DNA from: Leptospirales bacterium
GTDB lineage: Bacteria > Spirochaetota > Leptospiria > Turneriellales > JAOUFE01
Direction of reading: 5' to 3'
Assembly (NCBI GenBank): GCA_040326155.1
Contig: JBEQLE010000001.1
Coordinates: forward strand, 64,001-128,000
Length of the DNA stretch: 64,000 bases
Part shown: positions 51,070 to 57,942 of the stretch, one piece after another
Layout of the letters: each line of letters opens with the position of its first letter
Numbering within the stretch: position 1 is the stretch's first letter
The notes under the pieces: generated by a model
The model's input: the letters and a program-made list of their open reading frames with translations, nothing else
What the model was told of the DNA's origin: nothing
The model's database searches: none
Made by a program: the position numbers and the translations under genes

Positions 51070-54033
51070 ATGGCATTAATCGATAAACAGAAAAATCCTG
51101 GCGACATGATCAAGTCGCAAGACTGGAACGACACCGTAGATGAAATCAACCGACTTGATAAAGATAAGGTAAATAAAACGGGCGATCTGATTACGGGGGG
51201 TCTATCGGTAGGCGGTAAACTCACCGTGAAAGATCAATTTCAAATCGGCGATGCGAGTCACATAAAATCATTCACTCAAAAGGGCGCAGGCGAATTACAA
51301 ATAGGGCTGGGTAAATTTCGCATCGGTACGATGATACAGATCGAAGCGAGAATCGCCGGAGCCAATGCCGAGACAGCTGGGCTCTACCATATCGTCTGCG
51401 ACTGGAATGAACGGCCTTCGATTTTATACCAGAGCGTTGGTGACAAAATGGAGCGATTAGCGTTCTTTGGCTACCGCCAGAATGAAGAAACCCTGGACGC
51501 TTCGAGTCTGGCCATACCCAGCGGCGCTGTTTACCTCTGGGCAAGATGGCTACCTGACGACGCCAAACCCGTCGATCAAAATAACACGTTGTATTTAAAA
51601 GCCGCCTCTGTTACCGAATTTGACGAGCTTGATATTGGCGTTTGGGAGACGGCAGTGAAATATCCGGTGGGGAAAGTTTTGACTGTCGATTCGCGAAGCG
51701 GAAATGTGGGGATTGGGACAGATGCTCCGGTCACGAAGCTACATGTAACCGGTGCCACTACGCTTGAGTACCTTAGAGTATTACCATCTTCGACAAGTGA
51801 AGGCGGAGAAGTACAACTCTTGGGTGCCGGTACGAATCCACCTTGGCACCTCGACGTATATGACAACCGATTTCGAATTCACAGTGGAGGTGAGAAACTC
51901 AATATTCTTTCGAATGGAAATGTCGGGATAGGGACGAGTTCTCCTACAAACAAATTAATGATCACCGGAATTACACCACAGTCAAACGATGGCATCGTCG
52001 TTCAATCAACAGACAATCGCACTATTTCATTATTACCGAGTAGAGGGGCCGGAGGTCACAACCCTTTAGTTTCTGCCGGAGATACATCGATTATATATTC
52101 AGCAGGTGCACCAAATACAGGTGCCTTCGTTATTGGACAATGGAGTTCCACAACGAATGGTTTGAAAATTGCAGCAAATGGGAATGTTGGGATTGGGACT
52201 GGCACACCGAAAAACAAACTTCATCTATGCGGAGTTACCGATGGAGCGATCATCTCGGATCCAAATGATCGTCCAGGTCTTGTAATTACAGGCCAATACC
52301 CTCAAATCGATTTATTCAGTGCAATGAACAATGGAGCTCATGGGCCTACGATTCGTCTGGGTGGGTATAATGACGACAGTAAAACTACGTTTAAACATTG
52401 GGTCATTGGCACGTCAGGGAGAAACTGTAGGCATCTCGATATTGGATTTTCCGCCAATAACGACCCAAATCCACATGCGGGAATTCGCAATTACAATGGC
52501 AGTACGAAAATGACATTTCTGGAAAATGGGAATGTGGGAATTGGGACGCTGGAGCCGGGAGCGAAATTGCAAATCAAGGGGAATCAGATTATTGAACGAG
52601 AAGCTGGTCACTTGCTTTTAGATCGCCAAGCTAGTGAAACGACAGGCGGTAATAAGATATTTCTGGAGTTGCGACAAATGGATGCTAATCCTGCAAAAGT
52701 ACCAGCTATTTTTCCGTCTATTAGGTTTCACCATGCTTACAAGTTTTGGCATAGGCTGGAGGGGCGCCCGGATGGATTACACGTAAAAGATGGTCACGAA
52801 TTAAATGATGTTTATAGACCTTTCCATGCTTCTGAACTGACTATCCATGGAAATAATATACGAACAACTGGCCGAATGCATTTAGACGGACCTGAATTAT
52901 GTTATATTTTAAACAAAAGTGGTGTAATCATCGGTAAAGAGTGGGGTGGAAATGGTAACCTTTCGGTACAAGGTGTTTTTAGTAATTCCGATCGGCGTTT
53001 GAAAAAAAACATTAAAAAAATAAATTCATCATTAGAGAAACTAACGAAATTACAGGGTGTTTCCTATTACTGGAAAAACCCGGAACGTTTGCCCACTCTT
53101 CAAATCGGACTAATTTCTCAGGAAGTTGAAGAATACTTTCCAGAATTGATCAGCCTGGGTAGAGAAGGAGTAAAGTATATAAACTATTCAGGCTTAATCG
53201 CGCCCTTAATTGAGTCTACGAAAGAACAGCAAAAACAAATTGAAACGTTATCGGCACAAAACGAAAACCAGCAAAAAACTATCGACCACTATCACAAATC
53301 ATTAAAAGGCGCAGATTTTGCTGAGTACTTTAAATCGTTAGACGGAAAAAGTATGGCTCCGGGTGTTTCTGTTGTCATGGATAATGGGAAGATCCGCGTA
53401 GCGAAGAAAGGGGAAGTACCATTTGGCGTTACTTCGGAGAATCCACGAATGTTGGGCGGTCTCCATTCTGAGTGGCCTGGCAAAATTTTACAAGATACTT
53501 TCGGCAACGACATCCTCGAAGAATACAAAGAAGAGATCATGGCGCAAAAAACCGAAAAGGTAAAACGCCAACGCCAAAAAGTAAAAACTAAAACCATCGA
53601 AAAAGATGTGATTGAAACGGTCGAGAAAACCGTCAAAGGCAAGAAGGTCATGGTTGAGGTGACCAAAAAAGAGACGCGCGAGATTGACGAACCACAGTTC
53701 AAAGAAGTTGAAATCTACGACGAAAAAACCAAAGAGGTCATTCGCACTGAGCAGGTTCCGGTTATGGAAACCTACGAGGTCGAGGAACTTGTCTACAATG
53801 AAAACGGTGAGTCGGTCATGGTCGGCACAGGTAAATTTGAGAAGAAGACACGTCCGAAACTGAACCCCAAATATGATCCAAAGCGTGAGTATGTTCCGCG
53901 TGATCAACGTCCTGAGTGGAATGTTGTTGGGCTGGTTGGGCAGATTCCGCTTCGTAAGGGGCAGCCGACTGCGCCGGGCTGGGTGAAGATGAAGGATCTT
54001 GATGAGGATGTTGAGTTGTGGTTGGTGAAGTGA
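51070..54033 (+). CDS. Tail fibre 2: same N- and C-terminal frame as fibre 1, different central modules
   Basis: Homologous first ~220 aa and last ~240 aa; four GNVGIGT boundaries; SDRRLKK (S74) and GADFAEYF (G2). Confidence 0.85.
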   Translation: MALIDKQKNPGDMIKSQDWNDTVDEINRLDKDKVNKTGDLITGGLSVGGKLTVKDQFQIGDASHIKSFTQKGAGELQIGLGKFRIGTMIQIEARIAGANAETAGLYHIVCDWNERPSILYQSVGDKMERLAFFGYRQNEETLDASSLAIPSGAVYLWARWLPDDAKPVDQNNTLYLKAASVTEFDELDIGVWETAVKYPVGKVLTVDSRSGNVGIGTDAPVTKLHVTGATTLEYLRVLPSSTSEGGEVQLLGAGTNPPWHLDVYDNRFRIHSGGEKLNILSNGNVGIGTSSPTNKLMITGITPQSNDGIVVQSTDNRTISLLPSRGAGGHNPLVSAGDTSIIYSAGAPNTGAFVIGQWSSTTNGLKIAANGNVGIGTGTPKNKLHLCGVTDGAIISDPNDRPGLVITGQYPQIDLFSAMNNGAHGPTIRLGGYNDDSKTTFKHWVIGTSGRNCRHLDIGFSANNDPNPHAGIRNYNGSTKMTFLENGNVGIGTLEPGAKLQIKGNQIIEREAGHLLLDRQASETTGGNKIFLELRQMDANPAKVPAIFPSIRFHHAYKFWHRLEGRPDGLHVKDGHELNDVYRPFHASELTIHGNNIRTTGRMHLDGPELCYILNKSGVIIGKEWGGNGNLSVQGVFSNSDRRLKKNIKKINSSLEKLTKLQGVSYYWKNPERLPTLQIGLISQEVEEYFPELISLGREGVKYINYSGLIAPLIESTKEQQKQIETLSAQNENQQKTIDHYHKSLKGADFAEYFKSLDGKSMAPGVSVVMDNGKIRVAKKGEVPFGVTSENPRMLGGLHSEWPGKILQDTFGNDILEEYKEEIMAQKTEKVKRQRQKVKTKTIEKDVIETVEKTVKGKKVMVEVTKKETREIDEPQFKEVEIYDEKTKEVIRTEQVPVMETYEVEELVYNENGESVMVGTGKFEKKTRPKLNPKYDPKREYVPRDQRPEWNVVGLVGQIPLRKGQPTAPGWVKMKDLDEDVELWLVK

Positions 54034-54074
54034 TTTTATTTCACAATTATCCCCTTACGGACATAAGGTGGGTG

Positions 54075-54614
54075 TTAAACAAGAGAACCATATATCGGTG
54101 TTACATCAATAGCATTTAACATAAGTTCAAGCATTTGAGAATTTAAATGTCGATATGTAAAATAATATCGCAGATTTTTTTCAAATTTATTAAATTTGCC
54201 CCAATCAACTCCAACAATTGGACTGTTCGTATCATAGGACATTGTAATCATTAAGCTGATAGCAAAGTTTTCATTAACCCATTTAATTTGAGGATATTTG
54301 ATTAAAGTGTCTTTATCGATATCCTTTATTAATTGAATCGGCTTTCTTCTCGATACCCAATATGCTGTATAAGCGGCAACTTTTTTTGGATTTGCTCTTT
54401 CAATGCCGTGAAAATCTTTTAGTCGAGTAATATCAGAAAAGTAATCTAATAAAATTTCATCTATTAAATATTCATTAACTACTGCAAAATTATCAATATT
54501 TGCAGATTTAATGTAATGCCTTGCTTTTCCATAAATAAAAAGAAATCTATTTTTCAGGCATTCTTCGCCAAAGTCTTTTATTAGATTCTCATAAGAACGA
54601 TCACTGTTTTCCAT
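54075..54614 (-). CDS. Hypothetical protein, possibly degenerate Fic/Doc-like fold
   Basis: KVAAYTAYWVSRRKPIQ...NENFA; very AT-rich. Confidence 0.6.
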   Translation of the reverse strand: MENSDRSYENLIKDFGEECLKNRFLFIYGKARHYIKSANIDNFAVVNEYLIDEILLDYFSDITRLKDFHGIERANPKKVAAYTAYWVSRRKPIQLIKDIDKDTLIKYPQIKWVNENFAISLMITMSYDTNSPIVGVDWGKFNKFEKNLRYYFTYRHLNSQMLELMLNAIDVTPIYGSLV

Positions 54615-54807
54615 CGTCGGTAAGTAATGTTTTGAATTGGTCAGATTTTACAAAATTGTCAAAACTATTTGATGCTTTTTCAATTGGGTATTCTGGTGAG
54701 TTATTTAATTGAACTTGTTTTTTAAAGGTTTTATCTTTAATTCGATCAATAAATCTTTTACTTGCATCGATTGTTGATTTATCGAAATGTTTTTCGAAAT
54801 CGCTCAC
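54601..54807 (-). CDS. Small hypothetical protein overlapping the downstream gene
   Basis: 68 aa, GTG start after GGGGG, overlaps the 179-aa ORF. Confidence 0.5.
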   Translation of the reverse strand: MSDFEKHFDKSTIDASKRFIDRIKDKTFKKQVQLNNSPEYPIEKASNSFDNFVKSDQFKTLLTDDGKQ

Positions 54808-55191
54808 GTTTTACCCCCGCAAAAAGAATAAGTAATCTTAAAATAAATTACCATTTAATAAGCCATTATTTTTATGTAGTGTGCAGATAGTCAACAAAAA
54901 AATGGTTTATAGTATCGTTTCTGGCCAAAATGAACTTTATGAATATTTTTAAATCCAGAGTCGACATGATGCGATATGACCAATTCCGGGCACATAGTCT
55001 TTACATTGGTAGCGGCGTCATTTAGCCCCAAATAAATACGTTATCCAAAACAGACTGAAAAGATTTGGTATGAAATGCTCCATTACTAGCGCAAAAACCA
55101 TCGCAAAACTTCGAACCATTTCTTATAAAACAAATGGGATTACACATGGGACGTTGAGTAACCATCAAATTTTACCCGCAACAACCAATAT

Positions 55192-55261
55192 TTATCCCCT
55201 AAATTATATAAAATACTTTACACTTGTTAAAAGCACTATACATATGGATATATATAAAAGC
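55192..55261 (+). promoter_or_regulatory. Duplicate promoter-like block upstream of fibre 3
   Basis: Aligns with 50879-50950. Confidence 0.6.
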
Positions 55262-55379
55262 ATCCAAGCCTGCGCTATTTAACCTAATCCGTTACCGGTA
55301 TTCGCTCCGGTTGGGGAATTTCCTACCTGTTTTTTGCCGACCCCGGCAGGCCCGGATAAAACGATAACCGAGGGAACAA

Positions 55380-56135
55380 ATGGCATTAATCGATAAACAG
55401 AAAAATCCTGGCGATATGATCAAGTCGCAAGACTGGAACGACACCGTAGATGAAATCAACCGGCTCGACAACGATAAGGTGAATAAAGCGGGCGATCTGA
55501 TTACGGGGGGTCTATCGGTAGGCGGTAAACTCACCGTGAAAGATCAATTTCAAATCGGCGACGCGAGTCATATAAAAGCGTTCAGCGAAACAGGCGCAGG
55601 CGAATTAAAAATCGGGCTGGGTAAATTTCGCATCGGTACGATGATACAGATCGAAGCGCGGATCGCCGGAGCCAATGCCGAGACAGCGGGTCTCTACCAC
55701 ATCGTCTGCGACTGGAACGAGCGGCCTTCGATTTTATACCAGAGCGTCGGTGACAAAATGGGGAGATTAGCGTTCTTTGGCTACCGCCAAAATGAAGAGA
55801 CCCTGGACGCTTCGAATCTGGCGATACCCAGCGGCGCCGTCTACCTCTGGGCAAGATGGCTACCCGACGAGACCAAACCTGTCGATCAAAGTAACACGTT
55901 GTATTTGAAGGCCGCCTCCGTTACCGAGTTTGATGAGCTCGATACCGGCGTCTGGGAAACCGCTTTGAAGTATCCTGTAGGGAAAGTTTTGACTATCGAT
56001 TCGCGAAGCGGGAATGTCGGGATTGGGACGGATGCTCCGGGGGTAAAAGTGTACAAAGATGTAAAATTACCCATCTACACCCACCAACAAAAACAAATCA
56101 CCCTACTCCCGTTCTATCCACACGATTACTGGTAA
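55380..56135 (+). pseudogene. Truncated tail fibre 3 (N-terminal anchor only)
   Basis: Collinear with fibre 2 to 56040 (GNVGIGTDAP), then 31 unrelated codons and a stop; no S74/G2. Confidence 0.8.
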
Positions 56136-56137
56136 GA

Positions 56138-56689
56138 TCACGTAATCCCCGAAACCATTCCCCCCGGGCTGCCCACGAAAGGCGCATGAGCGCCCGGCAC
56201 CGGCGTTGTTGGCTTTTGCAATTTTACCCAGTCAATGACACAACCCGCAAGTTGCAGCATCGATTCCTCTCTGTCATTGGTATCATTATCCAGGTCAATT
56301 GCTATTGAGAGGTTGAGGTTTGTGATTGTGGGTGAATAGGCCATCGGCATGGGAGAAGTCGCAAAACCTACATCGGTGATGTTGTACATGGCCGCACTTA
56401 GTCCTGTGACCAACTCGCCTATCATGTGATCCATCGCCTCTTTCCGAATTTCGGCTTTTGATGCGGTTAAACTCATCGCCAGGTTTTGAATTTTTCCTTT
56501 GGCGGTGGTTATTGTGTCTGGGGTGCCTGCCGGATTTAACGCGACCCAGCTAAAACTTACCTCCGCATTATCAGCGATATATTTAGCAATAGCCTCGCCC
56601 AGTTTTGACAGCGCACCCTCTGGAGCAACCCCATCAGTCGCCGCCAGAAGCGCTTTTTGTAAACCCTCAGCACTTAAAGCCATAACCAC
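56138..56689 (-). CDS. Hypothetical protein with internally duplicated helix-strand unit
   Basis: LSKLGEAIAKYI and MLQLAGCVIDWV repeats, Gly/Pro-rich end. Confidence 0.65.
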   Translation of the reverse strand: MVMALSAEGLQKALLAATDGVAPEGALSKLGEAIAKYIADNAEVSFSWVALNPAGTPDTITTAKGKIQNLAMSLTASKAEIRKEAMDHMIGELVTGLSAAMYNITDVGFATSPMPMAYSPTITNLNLSIAIDLDNDTNDREESMLQLAGCVIDWVKLQKPTTPVPGAHAPFVGSPGGMVSGIT

Positions 56690-56874
56690 TTCCTTAGATT
56701 TTTCATAGACATGTTACACCGTATTGTTATAAAGACAATCATAACGTTTAAGAAACAATAGAATGTACAAAACATTGTTTTGTAAAGGAAAAAATAAAGC
56801 ATAAAGGCGCGAAAGAGATTCGCTGCTGATTATATTAATTATTTATAAAATTTAAATGTAGGTAGGTAAGAACA

Positions 56875-57069
56875 ATGAAAAAACAATTAGAACAAAGACT
56901 GGAAACACTCAAAAGTGAATTTTCTGACGGCCAAAAACAACTAATGGAACTTCAAAATCAGGAGACATCACTAAAAGAAACTCTACTACGAATTAGCGGC
57001 GCCATACAAGTTCTTGAAGAAGAGATAAATGGACCTGAACCGGCCTCGACGAATTTAAATGATAAATAA
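56875..57069 (+). CDS. Small coiled-coil protein
   Basis: MKKQLEQRLETLK...LLRISGAIQVLEE; RBS-like AGGT upstream. Confidence 0.75.
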   Translation: MKKQLEQRLETLKSEFSDGQKQLMELQNQETSLKETLLRISGAIQVLEEEINGPEPASTNLNDK

Positions 57070-57577
57070 ACTCATTCAATCCATCATTCTTCTGCTGGAG
57101 CAAAACTTGAGCGCGATTTTGGACACTCCGGTAGATCAAACAAATCCATCACTCACGGTTTTACCGGGCAAGTTTTCTTTTGTTCCCGGGGCCAATCAAG
57201 ATCGTCTGCAAGCACGCGCTCAGCAATTAGCGTCCGAGCGAGATTTCAACCAGGAATTTTTTGTAAAAATTCTGGCTCCGGACGTAGCGAAAAGTGAAGA
57301 AATAGCCGCGCTTGCCATTAACATTATTATCACAGAAAAAGAGTTCCTGCTTGGGCAGGTAAACCGCGAAAACAAAGCAACATACCAAACCGGTAAGTAC
57401 GTATCAGAAATCGATATAACCGAATTTCAGTTTCTCGAAGGCGCACTAGATAACTCCGGTGCCGTAATTAATTTCGTCATGAAATTTCAAGCCGGCGGAC
57501 GTTTAACTCTAGCCAAAGAAGCCGGACCGGCTGAAGTTATTGAAAAAGTAGTTCTAAATGAGCCTAACGTACAATAA
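57059..57577 (+). CDS. Hypothetical protein, candidate tail terminator/cap
   Basis: N-terminal amphipathic helix then beta/alpha pattern reminiscent of gpU/Pvc16-type folds; overlaps upstream gene. Confidence 0.45.
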   Translation: MINKLIQSIILLLEQNLSAILDTPVDQTNPSLTVLPGKFSFVPGANQDRLQARAQQLASERDFNQEFFVKILAPDVAKSEEIAALAINIIITEKEFLLGQVNRENKATYQTGKYVSEIDITEFQFLEGALDNSGAVINFVMKFQAGGRLTLAKEAGPAEVIEKVVLNEPNVQ

Positions 57578-57632
57578 GTCTTGACCGCACTCTACCCACC
57601 GCTTCCACGGTGTTTTGGCCCGGGTGAATTTC

Positions 57633-57757
57633 CAGATCCTTAAAAAAATCAGGCCGACGACGTCCCAGGTAGAATCGGGTTGTTAAGGTATTTTATTCCA
57701 CATGTTCGTACTGCGGAATGCGACCGCGCTTCCAACCGTGAAAATAGTCGGGGTACA
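57633..57757. repeat. 125-bp direct repeat, right copy
   Basis: Matches 30496-30620 at 120/125 nt. Confidence 0.95.
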
Positions 57758-57942
57758 AGAGTCCAATTCAATATATTGCAGAATTAATTGCGTAAACGTG
57801 TCCGGTTTTTCGGGGTCATATCAGGTGCTTGACAGGAAAGCCATGAGTAGCGCAATGCATTAATAAAATTGACGGATTGTCCATATCTTGTACTGGTGTG
57901 ACGTATCAAGTTATTTTGCATCTAGAAGTTGAAAAATTACCA

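Larger units (their letters stand above)
30496..57757 (+). mobile_element. Repeat-bounded island carrying a capsid-less contractile injection system
   Basis: All phage-tail-like genes lie between the two direct repeats; no integrase inside, so mobility is inferred. Confidence 0.5.

Noticed and set aside
46460..54033. Diversity-generating retroelement TR/VR pair in the fibre 3' ends
   Set aside because: Differences are mostly synonymous and not adenine-specific; both copies are coding; no reverse transcriptase in the window
43967..56135. Invertase-driven shufflon (fibre 1 has a PilV-like GWVSQTYGGGWYM module)
   Set aside because: All fibre copies are co-oriented, with no inverted partial cassettes and no adjacent invertase
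30750..57577. Intact prophage
   Set aside because: No terminase, portal, capsid, integrase, replication or lysis genes recognisable
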